DNA of 64,000 nt, from NCBI GenBank assembly GCA_007376395.1, contig VMGE01000001.1:25635-89634 (forward strand), read 5' to 3'. The DNA is from Microgenomates group bacterium Gr01-1014_5. Its GTDB lineage: Bacteria > Patescibacteriota > Microgenomatia > UBA8517 > UBA10165. The notes under the pieces are model-generated. The model had not been told where the DNA came from and did no database searches. It saw nothing but the letters and a program-made list of their open reading frames with translations. Positions 18,087-28,327 of this stretch are shown piece by piece. The position numbers and the translations under genes are program-made. Within the stretch, counting starts at the first letter, position 1. The number at the start of each line of letters is the position of its first letter.

Positions 18087-21000
18087 ATCCATTTGATAAA
18101 CTAAAATCTGAATTAAAACGACTCGAAACTGGATACAGAGAAGAATCTTATTATAGAAGCTTGTGTGAATTTCTAGAAGCATATGGAAGTGGCAAGGAAT
18201 ATTTGCATATGTTGAATATTTCTGCCACAAGTAATCCTAATTCTGAATCAATTGGTGAAGGTATTGGATTTCCAGATATTGAGGTTAGGCAAAACAGAAG
18301 ATTGGTTGGTTATGTAGAAGTAAAAACTCCAGATGAAAACATAGATAACCCAGCTTACTCAACGCAATTTATTAAATATAGGGAATCTTTAGAAAATGTA
18401 ATTTTTACAAATTTTAAAAAATGGATACTCTACACTTGGGATAAAGATGGAAAGCCGCAAAAAACCGAAGAGGCAGAATGGGATTATCATCAAGACTTAG
18501 GCACCGAACAACTAAAAAAACTCCTAACCATATTTTTTGAGGGCCAGTCGTATCAAGCCAAAACTCCCCATCAACTTGCTATAGCACTTGCGAGAAAGAC
18601 GAGGCTTTTAAGCCAACAAGTAGAGGAAGCATTGATAGCCAAAAACCCTGATAAAAAACTAGTTGATCTTAAGAAAACATTTGAAAAAACTTTAATTCAG
18701 GATATTAGCGACCATCAATTCGCCAATATTTTTGCTGAAACTATCGCATATTCTCTATTTCTTGCCAAACTTGAACATTATGAAAAAGGAAGTAACGAAG
18801 ATTTCTCTTTAAGAACTGCCGTTGATTTCTTACCAAAAAATGTTCCTATTTTTAAGGATCTTTACCAATTAACTGGCGGAAGAGTAGAACCAATTACACA
18901 AGGGATTTATAAGGCAACTGAAATTTTGATCGAACAATTAAATTTTGCTGATATTGAAAGAATTTATAAGAAACTAGTTGAACATAAACCTGGTGAGGAC
19001 CCTGTTATTCAATTTTACGAACCATTTCTTTCTGAATATGATCCTGAGGAGAGAAAAGCACGAGGAGTTTATTATACGCCTAAGCCAGTTGTTGATTATA
19101 TTGTTCGTTGTGTCGATCATATTTTAAAAAATAAATTTGACAAGAAAAAGGGATTAGGTGATGAAAGCGTTCAGGTTCTTGATCCTGCCACCGGCACCGG
19201 AACTTTCTTAATGTCGGTAATTCAAAACATTTACGCTGATATTGAGAAAGAAAATAAGCCTTTAGGTGAAGAGGCTATAAAAAGAAAATTTAAGGATGTA
19301 GTAAGTAATCACATCTTAAAACATCTATATGGATTTGAGCTATTAGTTGCTCCATATGCTATCGCCCACCTTAAACTAACCCTTGAATTAGAACGTTTAG
19401 GATTTAATTTTTCAATGACAGAAGATGATCAAGATAAAGAAAACGATAGATTAAAGATTTTCTTAGCAAATACTTTAGACGATCCTAATCAACCCCCGCA
19501 TAGTTTATTTGGGTTTGAATCGATTACTGATGAAAGTGAAAAGGCTAGGCTAGTGAAAAAGAATGAGCCTATATTAGTTATAACAGGAAATCCACCTTAT
19601 TCAAATTACGGACAGATGAACCAAGGTGATTGGATTTTAAATTTATTACAAGACTATAAGAAAGATTTAATTGAAAAAAAGATTAATTTAGATGACGATT
19701 TTATAAAGTTTATTCGATTTGCTCAGTGGAAACTAGAACATACAGGTCAAGGTATTTTTGCCATGATAACGAGTAGTACTTTCATAGATGGGATTACTCA
19801 TCGCCAAATGCGTAAGTCATTACTAGAAACATTTGACGAAATATATATTTACAATTTACATGGGAATATTCGGAGAAATGAGGTTGCACCCAACGGAATA
19901 GATGATGAAAATGTATTTCAAATTATGACAGGGGTATCAATAAATTTTTTTATTAAATACCCTGAAAAGAAATTAGAGACTATTGTTAAAAGCTCAGAAT
20001 TGTGGGGAACGAGGTCTAAGAAATTTGAAGTTCTTCTTGATGAAGAATTTAACAATACAAAATGGCAAACTGTCAATTATTTAGAATTTAACGATAAATT
20101 TAGAAATACAGTTTGGGGTAAAAAGTTTGGGAGCGATTTAAATTTTTTTGTCCATAAAGGTTTAGATGCAATAATCGAATACGGAAATTTTTGGGGGATT
20201 AGTGATATTTTCCCCGAGAAAGGGTTGGGTCTTAAGACTGAAAGAGATAACCTCACAATACATTTTTCAAAAATGGATTTAGAGAATGTTATTAATGATT
20301 TCAGGAATTTAGATGAAAATAGTTTAAGAATTAAATATGGATTAGGTAGTGATAGTAGAGATTGGAAAATTAATTACGCAAAAAAAGATTTACATGAGCA
20401 CATGGAAGATGAAAATTATATTTCAGAATTCAATTACAGGCAATTTGACACTAGATATATTTGGTATAGCGGTAAAACTCGAGGTTTTATTGGTACTCCC
20501 GGTTTTGCGATGATGAGACAGTTTCAAAATAAAATGAATCTCGGTCTAATTTCTTCACGGACAGTTTACGGAAGTGAAAGTTGGCAGGATATATTCGTCA
20601 CAAGTAAAATGTTTGAATTTGGCATTATGGCTTCTCGTCCAGGAAACAGTGCGCCGGTTTTCCCGTTATATTTATATGAACAAAAATCCTCACAAATTTC
20701 CCTTTTGGGGGTTGGAAGCGGTATGGCAAGTAGAGTTAATATTTCATCTGAATTTATTAAAGAATTTTCTGGGAAACTTGGTTTAGTTTTTGTGGAAACT
20801 GGACAAGGTGATTTAGAAAATAATTTCGGTCCTGAAGATGTGTTTTATTACACTTATGCAGTTTTTCATTCACCCACATACCGTACTCGTTATGCCGAAT
20901 TACTAAAAATAGATTTTCCTCGTGTACCATTAACTAAGAATAAAGAATTATTTAAGAAATTGATTAAAAAAGGAAATGAATTAGTAAATTTACATCTTCT

Positions 21001-21370
21001 TGGAGAAAATCCATTTGATAAAACTGAAACCATTTTTGATGATACTTCAAAATGGGGAGTAAGAATTGATGGTAATAAACCTGAAGATATAGATGATTGG
21101 AAAATAGTGGCAATTAGTTATGATGAAAAAACAAAAAGAATTTTTGTAAATTCTGGGCAATATTTCGAGGGAATTGAAAAAGAAGTATGGGAATTTATGG
21201 TTGGGGGTTATCAAGTTTTAGAAAAATGGCTGAAGGATCGTAAGAAAGCTGGAAGAACTTTATCATACGAGGATCAAATTCAATATATTAAGATTTCAGT
21301 TTCACTTCGAGAAAGCTTAAGAATTATGAAAGAAATTGATGAAATTATTCCAAAATGGCCTTTAGAATGA
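18083..21370 (+). CDS. fused restriction-modification enzyme (type IIG/ISP-like, N6-adenine MTase)
   Basis: N-terminal PD...EVK nuclease, DPATGTGTF, GNPPY, type ISP-like C-terminus (LKIDFPRVP, GGYQVLEKWLKDRK). Confidence 0.88.
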   Translation: MNPFDKLKSELKRLETGYREESYYRSLCEFLEAYGSGKEYLHMLNISATSNPNSESIGEGIGFPDIEVRQNRRLVGYVEVKTPDENIDNPAYSTQFIKYRESLENVIFTNFKKWILYTWDKDGKPQKTEEAEWDYHQDLGTEQLKKLLTIFFEGQSYQAKTPHQLAIALARKTRLLSQQVEEALIAKNPDKKLVDLKKTFEKTLIQDISDHQFANIFAETIAYSLFLAKLEHYEKGSNEDFSLRTAVDFLPKNVPIFKDLYQLTGGRVEPITQGIYKATEILIEQLNFADIERIYKKLVEHKPGEDPVIQFYEPFLSEYDPEERKARGVYYTPKPVVDYIVRCVDHILKNKFDKKKGLGDESVQVLDPATGTGTFLMSVIQNIYADIEKENKPLGEEAIKRKFKDVVSNHILKHLYGFELLVAPYAIAHLKLTLELERLGFNFSMTEDDQDKENDRLKIFLANTLDDPNQPPHSLFGFESITDESEKARLVKKNEPILVITGNPPYSNYGQMNQGDWILNLLQDYKKDLIEKKINLDDDFIKFIRFAQWKLEHTGQGIFAMITSSTFIDGITHRQMRKSLLETFDEIYIYNLHGNIRRNEVAPNGIDDENVFQIMTGVSINFFIKYPEKKLETIVKSSELWGTRSKKFEVLLDEEFNNTKWQTVNYLEFNDKFRNTVWGKKFGSDLNFFVHKGLDAIIEYGNFWGISDIFPEKGLGLKTERDNLTIHFSKMDLENVINDFRNLDENSLRIKYGLGSDSRDWKINYAKKDLHEHMEDENYISEFNYRQFDTRYIWYSGKTRGFIGTPGFAMMRQFQNKMNLGLISSRTVYGSESWQDIFVTSKMFEFGIMASRPGNSAPVFPLYLYEQKSSQISLLGVGSGMASRVNISSEFIKEFSGKLGLVFVETGQGDLENNFGPEDVFYYTYAVFHSPTYRTRYAELLKIDFPRVPLTKNKELFKKLIKKGNELVNLHLLGENPFDKTETIFDDTSKWGVRIDGNKPEDIDDWKIVAISYDEKTKRIFVNSGQYFEGIEKEVWEFMVGGYQVLEKWLKDRKKAGRTLSYEDQIQYIKISVSLRESLRIMKEIDEIIPKWPLE

Positions 21371-21371
21371 T

Positions 21372-21878
21372 ATGGATAAAATAAATAAAAATTCTGTTGC
21401 TCTCGCCGGGGAATTTGCCGTTCTTTCCCAACTAGCATTACGCGGGTACGACGCTAACATGACGCTTGGACATACCAAAAGCGTAGATATTCTCATTTCT
21501 GATCCCATTAAAGGAAAGATGTATAAGTTAGAGGTAAAATCTAACTTTGGTGGGAAACCCTCTAGGTCTAAGCTTTTTGGATATACCTTAAATTGGATGA
21601 TGGGAGAAAAGCATGAGACCATTTCCGAGCCTAATTTATATTATTGCTTTGTAAATATAGAAAAACAAACAAATATTTTTAGATTTTTTATTGTGGCTAG
21701 TGAGGTAGTAGCCGAATATGTCAAAGTTCAGCATAAATATTGGTTAGATAGGAAACCTGGACTTTCGCAAAAAGAAATAGATATCCCAATGCGACAGTTC
21801 AGGGTAGGACTTGAAGATAACTATTCTATACCTACTCCCCTCGCAAAAGATTATGAAAACAAATGGGAATTTAATTAA
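21372..21878 (+). CDS. PD-(D/E)XK nuclease
   Basis: GEFAVLSQL...VDILI...LEVKS. Confidence 0.7.
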   Translation: MDKINKNSVALAGEFAVLSQLALRGYDANMTLGHTKSVDILISDPIKGKMYKLEVKSNFGGKPSRSKLFGYTLNWMMGEKHETISEPNLYYCFVNIEKQTNIFRFFIVASEVVAEYVKVQHKYWLDRKPGLSQKEIDIPMRQFRVGLEDNYSIPTPLAKDYENKWEFN

Positions 21879-21882
21879 TTAT

Positions 21883-22638
21883 ATGTCTCAATATTACAAT
21901 CCAAATAGAAAAAAGAATTTATATGATAAAAGTTCAAAAGATATTTTCCGTTTGAGTCGAGGGAAGATTGATAACTTCCTTAGTTGCCCTCGGTGTTTCT
22001 ATCTTGATCGAAAATTGGGAGTTGCTCAACCACCGGGTTACCCCTTCTCGCTTAACACTGCTGTCGATAAACTCCTCAAAAAAGAGTTTGACATTCATCG
22101 CGCTGATGGCACAACTCACCCACTAATGAAAGAATATGGCATTGAAGCCGTACCTCTGGATCACGAAAAAATTGACGAATGGCGGGATTCCCTAAGAGCT
22201 GGAATTACTTTCAAAATCGCTGATGAAAATATAGTTATTACCGGTGGGGTTGATGATGTTTGGGTTAAACCAGACGGTGAATTTATTATCGTTGACTATA
22301 AAGCTACCTCTAAAGAAGAGGAAGTTACACTAGATGCTGAGTGGCAGGGCGGATATAAGCGTCAAATGGAGATATACCAATGGTTGTTTCGAAAAAACGG
22401 CTTTAAAGTATCTGACACTGGATACTTTGTTTATTGTAATGGCAATACTGACAAAAAAGCCTTTGATGCAAGGTTGGAATTTGATATCAAAATCCTTCCT
22501 TATACCGGAGACTCATCTTGGGTTGAGCAAACAATACTTGATTCGATTGAGTGTTTAAAATCTAATCAATTGCCAGACTCTGGACAGGATTGTGATTTCT
22601 GCAAATACAGAGAGGCTGTGAGGGTATTTGAAAAATAA
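21883..22638 (+). CDS. RecB/Cas4-like PD-(D/E)XK nuclease
   Basis: CPRCFY, GGVDD, IVDYK, QMEIY, CDFC; ATG at 21883. Confidence 0.85.
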   Translation: MSQYYNPNRKKNLYDKSSKDIFRLSRGKIDNFLSCPRCFYLDRKLGVAQPPGYPFSLNTAVDKLLKKEFDIHRADGTTHPLMKEYGIEAVPLDHEKIDEWRDSLRAGITFKIADENIVITGGVDDVWVKPDGEFIIVDYKATSKEEEVTLDAEWQGGYKRQMEIYQWLFRKNGFKVSDTGYFVYCNGNTDKKAFDARLEFDIKILPYTGDSSWVEQTILDSIECLKSNQLPDSGQDCDFCKYREAVRVFEK

Positions 22639-23065
22639 GCTAATGAAATCAACGATTAAATTATCAGATATTAAAATAAAGTTTGGCGGTAAAAACCTGC
22701 CTAAAGATAAAAAATTCTTAGAACTTTATAAGAAAGCATACAACGAACAAATACATACTTATTGGGGAATGGTAAATATTGATGGAATAAAACCTTTCTC
22801 TAACTATCATCCCGAAATTTCCCAAGATTTTATTGATAAATTTCATCAAAGAATAAAAAGTGGCAAGCCATCCTCAATGTATGTATATCTCCAAAACGAT
22901 AGCTATATGATGAGTGATGATTACAGTTCATATTATTTATACCTATATTCTGGGTATAAAAAAATTCCTTGTTATATTTTGGGAGAACCAGAAGATAAAT
23001 ATATTAGCGACAAGGTAGGACCAATAAAATTACCCGAGCTACAAGTAGAAGTAACTAAATTATGA
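22628..23065 (+). CDS. hypothetical protein
   Basis: 145-aa ORF within the operon. Confidence 0.6.
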   Translation: MKNKLMKSTIKLSDIKIKFGGKNLPKDKKFLELYKKAYNEQIHTYWGMVNIDGIKPFSNYHPEISQDFIDKFHQRIKSGKPSSMYVYLQNDSYMMSDDYSSYYLYLYSGYKKIPCYILGEPEDKYISDKVGPIKLPELQVEVTKL

Positions 23066-23074
23066 TTTACTTGT

Positions 23075-24337
23075 ATGAGATTAATAAGGCTTAGGGTCAA
23101 AAACTACTTACAAAAACAATTTGTAAGAGTTCGGTCTTATATTAACAAACTCCTCTTTCCTGTATACCTGTTTCCACTGAAGCTAGTCACCTACACGATT
23201 TATTACTTACTGAGATTTTTAATTAAGTTATTAATTGCTTTTATCGGGTTACTAATTGACTGTATTAAATATCCCTTTAAGAGCATGAAGAACCTAATTA
23301 GATCATGTATTTATTTAGCAATAACTGTTTATCTTTTTGCTTCATTATTTGTGATTGGCGACTATATGAGGACGCAGTATGGCTTTTATGGTAAATTTCT
23401 TTGCTCTTTTGGGGTAAAGAACACGCTTCAAGACTCTGTTCTTAGAATTGTGGGGGGATATTCTGAAGGAACAGGATTTTTTATATCCGATAATCAAGTA
23501 TTAACTAACTTCCATGTTATAGCAGATGAGCCAAGCCCTAAGATTATTTTCCCAGATGGAAGTTTTATTACTCCTAATAAAATTGTTGGTGATAAAGAAG
23601 CTGATCTAGCTATTCTCTTTACAGATAAACAATATCCCGAAAAAGTTCTATCCTTACCTGATCGTGTTGAGTTGTTAGCCAATGAGCCACTAATTGCTAC
23701 TGGATTCCCACTAGGAACAGATTTAACAGGCAAGGCAACTTCGTTGAGAGGAAACTTTATAGATTATAGAAAATCCAGTAAAAGCCCGGTTTATTATTTA
23801 CAAACAAATATTAGTCTTGTAAAAGGAATGAGCGGAGGGCCTATTGCTGATCAATGCGGACATGTTGTTGGAGTTAATACCATGAGCTTGGCAGGATTAT
23901 CTCTTTTTATTGGAGCGGATCAAGTCAAGGCTATGACTAATGATTTTACAGATCAGGAGGTAACTAAGATTGAAGTAGAGCCATCTGCTTCACCAGAAGA
24001 GGCGGTAAAGGCCTATTACATCTATCTAAAAGCACGCAGAATGGATGATGCATATGGTTTATTAAGTCGAGAGTATTCTAAGAAGTCAGATTTAGAAGAG
24101 TTTACCAATAGATTCAATGATGTATTAGATGTAGATGTCGTACTCACAAAATTGGAAGAAGATTCAAAAGATACTGTACTTGTTAAATTCATGACAAAAA
24201 ATTGGGTAGATGGTGAAGCAATAATTCACTACTACGAAGGTAATTGGGAAATGGTTAAAGAAGATGGCGTATATAAAATTTTAACCGGTAAAATAACTGA
24301 AGTCGATGAGCCTGATTTTTCATGGTTTTATGAATAG
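23075..24337 (+). CDS. membrane-anchored trypsin-like serine protease
   Basis: N-terminal TM segments; GTGF, LTNFHV, DLAIL, GMSGGP. Confidence 0.88.
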   Translation: MRLIRLRVKNYLQKQFVRVRSYINKLLFPVYLFPLKLVTYTIYYLLRFLIKLLIAFIGLLIDCIKYPFKSMKNLIRSCIYLAITVYLFASLFVIGDYMRTQYGFYGKFLCSFGVKNTLQDSVLRIVGGYSEGTGFFISDNQVLTNFHVIADEPSPKIIFPDGSFITPNKIVGDKEADLAILFTDKQYPEKVLSLPDRVELLANEPLIATGFPLGTDLTGKATSLRGNFIDYRKSSKSPVYYLQTNISLVKGMSGGPIADQCGHVVGVNTMSLAGLSLFIGADQVKAMTNDFTDQEVTKIEVEPSASPEEAVKAYYIYLKARRMDDAYGLLSREYSKKSDLEEFTNRFNDVLDVDVVLTKLEEDSKDTVLVKFMTKNWVDGEAIIHYYEGNWEMVKEDGVYKILTGKITEVDEPDFSWFYE

Positions 24338-24361
24338 GAAATAAGCTGATACAATCTTTTT

Positions 24362-24511
24362 ATGGCGAGATTTTTTAAACGAGAAGAAAATAAACCATAT
24401 ACCTACTCATCTATCGAGATGAGGAAATCTTCAAGCAAGACTACTTGGTGGATAGTCGGAGCCATCTTGTTAATACTTGCCATTTTCTTCTTATTTGTGG
24501 TCAAGCCATAG
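24362..24511 (+). CDS. 49-aa small membrane protein (not in ORF track)
   Basis: MARFFKREE...WWIVGAILLILAIFFLFVVKP; TACAAT 6 nt upstream. Confidence 0.6.
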   Translation: MARFFKREENKPYTYSSIEMRKSSSKTTWWIVGAILLILAIFFLFVVKP

Positions 24512-24561
24512 CTCTTCCTCCTTTCTTATAAGGCTTATTTCTGCTAAAATTGACCCAAACT

Positions 24562-25107
24562 ATGCCCGACTTTGTTAACTCTATATATCAATTCTTTAAC
24601 CATCCTTTTTTTATAATTTTTGGTGGAGTTGCTTCTCTTTTGGTTCTCACTGGTTTTTTACTAAACTTTGTCTTTTGGCTTCTGGGTCTCTGGCCTTTGT
24701 TATGGCGACTAGGTTATGGTAGATGGTCAAGAAAGATAGCAATTGTTGCTAAAGCTGATGTGTATGCTGATCTCAAGAAGGTTTTAGTTAAATCAGGGGT
24801 CTTTAGAGAGGGAAATGTCTTTCATATATCCTCCACCTCTCTTTCTGAGGTCAAAGAATCTGATATGTTGCTAGTGCATTACCAATCCTTTAATGAGCCA
24901 CAAAACAAAACAATACTGGCAAATAAGCGGTCGAGCTCTGGTATGATCTTTTATTTTCCTGAATACGCTCCCCAACAAGGAATAAAAATATCTGATGCTA
25001 TGTTAAAACGGATTAATGATGAAGAAAATACAACAGTTGTCAATTTTCGTGGCAGGTTACTAAATGACATAATTACTACTTTAATAACAACTAGTTACGA
25101 GAAATGA
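24562..25107 (+). CDS. putative CBASS effector: TM segments plus Rossmann-like (NARF-like) domain
   Basis: Hydrophobic N-terminus; KIAIVA, DMLLVHY, MIFY, VVNFRGRLLND; 1 nt from the CD-NTase. Confidence 0.6.
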   Translation: MPDFVNSIYQFFNHPFFIIFGGVASLLVLTGFLLNFVFWLLGLWPLLWRLGYGRWSRKIAIVAKADVYADLKKVLVKSGVFREGNVFHISSTSLSEVKESDMLLVHYQSFNEPQNKTILANKRSSSGMIFYFPEYAPQQGIKISDAMLKRINDEENTTVVNFRGRLLNDIITTLITTSYEK

Positions 25108-25108
25108 T

Positions 25109-25873
25109 ATGTCTGCAGACCAATATATTTTAAATATCCTAGCAAAATATAATGTTGATACTAGTAATGGATCTCCAGTAATTACAGCCGCTCAGGCAGT
25201 ATATCCAATCTTGGCAAATTGGGCAGGGAATCAATTAGTTGATGTTAAATTTTCAGGATCGCATGCAAAAGGAACTGGTGTTTCTGGAAAAACTGACACA
25301 GATTTATTTATATCTTTGAAATCGAATACATCAAATACACTTAAAGAAATTTATAACTCACTTAATAGTTTGATGTTGGGAAAGGGTTATAATACAAAAC
25401 CTCAGAATGTCTCTATACGAATAAATCACAATGGGATAGAGATAGATCTTGTTCCAGGTGTTAAATATTCTGATAATTCAAATTATCATTGGCTCTATGT
25501 TAAAAAGTCTGGTAGAGAAAGAACACAAACTAATATCGATAAGCATATTGATATTGTGACAAACTCAGGGAGGGTTAATGAAATTCGGGCAATTAAGATT
25601 TGGGCGTATAATCATGGACTTGATTTACCATCTATTTATCTTGAACTGACTGTCATAGAAGCTTTATCAGGAAGAAGAATTGGTAATACTGCGGATAATG
25701 TATTGCATACATTAGAATTTATAAGAGATAGATTTTTAAATTTATCTATAATTGACCCATCAAATAGTGCAAATATTATTTCTAATGATTTAACAGATGA
25801 TGAAAAAAGGAAAATTTCTAATCAAGCAAGAATTAGCAAAGCGCAGGGTTACTGGAAAGATATTCTTTGGTAG
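25109..25873 (+). CDS. cGAS/DncV-like nucleotidyltransferase (CD-NTase/SMODS)
   Basis: FSGSHAKGT...TDTDLF, QNVSI, IDLVP, SIYLEL, DPSNSAN. Confidence 0.85.
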   Translation: MSADQYILNILAKYNVDTSNGSPVITAAQAVYPILANWAGNQLVDVKFSGSHAKGTGVSGKTDTDLFISLKSNTSNTLKEIYNSLNSLMLGKGYNTKPQNVSIRINHNGIEIDLVPGVKYSDNSNYHWLYVKKSGRERTQTNIDKHIDIVTNSGRVNEIRAIKIWAYNHGLDLPSIYLELTVIEALSGRRIGNTADNVLHTLEFIRDRFLNLSIIDPSNSANIISNDLTDDEKRKISNQARISKAQGYWKDILW

Positions 25874-25878
25874 TTTAA

Positions 25879-26505
25879 TTACTCAGGAGTTCCTTGTCCT
25901 AAGAAAGTTCTGGGGTTGACTGGTAATCCATAGACATTAATCTGAAAATGTAAATGTGTCCCCGTTGACCAGCCTGTACTTCCTTGTTCTCCAATAATAT
26001 GAGTGGTTGTTGTAATAACCTGTCCTTTATACACTTTTATCTTGCTTAAATGGCCGTAAATTGAAATTACATTATTTCCATGATCAATAATAATATGTTT
26101 CCCAAAGCCCCAGAATATTTCACCTTCGTAAATTACGGTTCCAGGCATAAAAGCGTTTACCGGATCTCCTTTGTTGCCTGCTATATCTATGCCAGAGTGA
26201 AATAAATAATATGGTAAATGCGGTACGCCAAATTCATTAGTTACCACACCTTTTGTAGGCCAGACAAATGTAAATTGGACAGTTTCGGTTACCTCTCCTG
26301 ATGTTGGATCATGAATTTCTACTGCTTGGGTTTGTTCATTAACTGTTGCTAGCCTGTCAGAGATAATATCTATCCCTGAGTGCATTAAAAGTGCTACTGC
26401 AACAAAAGGGAGTGAGAGGATAATCAGAAAAGAAAAAGCAACAAATTTAAGTTCTTTTCTATATGACCAAAGAGCGTAAAGATTAGAGGGAGTAAATAAA
26501 GCCAT
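25879..26505 (-). CDS. M23 peptidase
   Basis: HSGID, YGHL, STGTHLHF; N-terminal TM. Confidence 0.9.
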   Translation of the reverse strand: MALFTPSNLYALWSYRKELKFVAFSFLIILSLPFVAVALLMHSGIDIISDRLATVNEQTQAVEIHDPTSGEVTETVQFTFVWPTKGVVTNEFGVPHLPYYLFHSGIDIAGNKGDPVNAFMPGTVIYEGEIFWGFGKHIIIDHGNNVISIYGHLSKIKVYKGQVITTTTHIIGEQGSTGWSTGTHLHFQINVYGLPVNPRTFLGQGTPE

Positions 26506-26509
26506 TCAT

Positions 26510-28327
26510 TTATAAATAAATTTCTCTTGGATCAGTAGTTAGTAGTGGATGTTCTTTATCTGAAGCTACAACTTTTAAGGCTACATGGTTTTGATCTGCA
26601 ATAATAATCGCTTCTCCTCTATCGCAGGTCAGAAGAAATTTTTGTTCGTACTCGCTTAATTTGAATTCATTAGCTACTTTTTCAATGGTGGTTGTATCTT
26701 GTTTCATTAAAACACGGACAGATGACTGGGAGGCGATAGCCCGGCCATACTCTTGGTTCAAAAAGTCATTTGCCTGTTGGGAGATGATGGTTACTCCCAG
26801 ATAATACTTTCTGGCACGTCTGACAAGCCCGGAAATGAATCTTGCGCTCTCTTCGTGCTGTAGAAGCATCCAACCCTCATCAATGACTAAAATACGCTTC
26901 TGAGGGCTTGATTTGACCTGTGCATGGACAAAGTTAGCAACTACCATCATCATTATCTGGCGAAGCGACTCATTAAGATCTTTAATATCAAAAATAACCA
27001 GTCTGTTATCCAATTCGATGTTGGTTTGTGAATCAAAAACTGATGAGAGTGAACCCTTAACAAACCGCTCCAAGCGGTTACACAGATCCTTCTGTTTTAA
27101 CTCTTTAAGTACTTTGTATAAATCTTTGAGTATTGGAAATTCTTTGTTCTTAGTTTTTTTGGTGCCACTCATGGTAAACCCAAAGTTCTTGTAAGTTTGA
27201 ATGATAGCCTTATCGATTACTGCCCGTTCCTCAGCGTTCAAGCCTCCGACCATAAGCGAGATAATCTCTGTTAAGTCCTGAATATGCTCTGCCAAATCAT
27301 TATCTTCACCAAGTGAGTTAATGGTAAAGTCAAAAGGATTGATCTTTTCTTTGGATTTTGCAGAAAGTTTAATGTAGGTTCCGTTTACAGAAGCCGCCAA
27401 CTGTTTATATTCTCTTTCCGGATCAACAACGATAACTTTCGTACCCTGCATAAGTTGTCTTAATATCTCAACTTTTGCGGTGTAGCTTTTACCGCTTCCG
27501 CTCTGGGCGAAGATAATCGAGTTTGCGTTGTTTAAACTAAACCTATCGATAATGACCAGAGAGTTATTGGATTTATTGATTCCATACAAGATACCGGATT
27601 CTTGAACCAATTCTGACGAAACAAAAGGGAAAGTGAGAGCGGCAGACGAGCTATCTAAATTTCTTTTTTGGTTTAACTGGTTTTCTGCCCTTGGAAGTAT
27701 AGATTGTAAACCCTCAAGTTGTTGGAAAGTAGCAATTTTAATATAGAAAAGCCTTGTAGACATGACAGTTTCCAAAAGTGTAGTAATTTTGTTTAAGTCT
27801 GCCAAAGAATCAGCAGTAATAGTCATATAAATTGACACTTGGAATAGTTTTTCCTGGCCTCTTTGAATTTTATCTTTCAACTCCATGGCCGATTCCAGCG
27901 GATCGGTAATTTCCGAGCCGATAACTTTTCCTTGCTTAAGCATGGTTCTTTTAGTTGACTCAAGCTCGGTAATTTTTCTATTAAGTTTAGGTAGCGCCAT
28001 TAGCGGATCAATCTGTTCAATATGATATGAGATATCAACATTGTGGTTGAAGTTAATTAACATATTTAGCCAACCAGTGGAGGCTACATAAGGATAGCCG
28101 GAGATAAATAGTGTTCGAACAAACTTATCACCCATTTGAAGGTAACTTGATGATTCTTCAAGTCCGGAATAAGAAATTAAGTCAAGCTGGTCTTGTTCAC
28201 CGAAATTAAACTGTAAAGACTTTTTAACAACCTCTTTTTTTGAAGGTTTTTTCTTTTTAGGCTTACTGAGATCAAACTTGGGAATATTAAATCTGTTTAT
28301 AAGTTGTAATCTAGGTGTTTTAAACAT
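26510..28327 (-). CDS. VirB4-family conjugative ATPase
   Basis: AQSGSGKS, VVDPEREY, VIDEGW, RRARKY. Confidence 0.9.
   Translation of the reverse strand: MFKTPRLQLINRFNIPKFDLSKPKKKKPSKKEVVKKSLQFNFGEQDQLDLISYSGLEESSSYLQMGDKFVRTLFISGYPYVASTGWLNMLINFNHNVDISYHIEQIDPLMALPKLNRKITELESTKRTMLKQGKVIGSEITDPLESAMELKDKIQRGQEKLFQVSIYMTITADSLADLNKITTLLETVMSTRLFYIKIATFQQLEGLQSILPRAENQLNQKRNLDSSSAALTFPFVSSELVQESGILYGINKSNNSLVIIDRFSLNNANSIIFAQSGSGKSYTAKVEILRQLMQGTKVIVVDPEREYKQLAASVNGTYIKLSAKSKEKINPFDFTINSLGEDNDLAEHIQDLTEIISLMVGGLNAEERAVIDKAIIQTYKNFGFTMSGTKKTKNKEFPILKDLYKVLKELKQKDLCNRLERFVKGSLSSVFDSQTNIELDNRLVIFDIKDLNESLRQIMMMVVANFVHAQVKSSPQKRILVIDEGWMLLQHEESARFISGLVRRARKYYLGVTIISQQANDFLNQEYGRAIASQSSVRVLMKQDTTTIEKVANEFKLSEYEQKFLLTCDRGEAIIIADQNHVALKVVASDKEHPLLTTDPREIYL

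Noticed and set aside
14112-21370. Complete DISARM system
   Set aside because: No DrmA helicase or DrmB (DUF1998) gene
21883-22638. CRISPR-associated cas4
   Set aside because: Solo RecB/Cas4-like nuclease with no array or other cas genes
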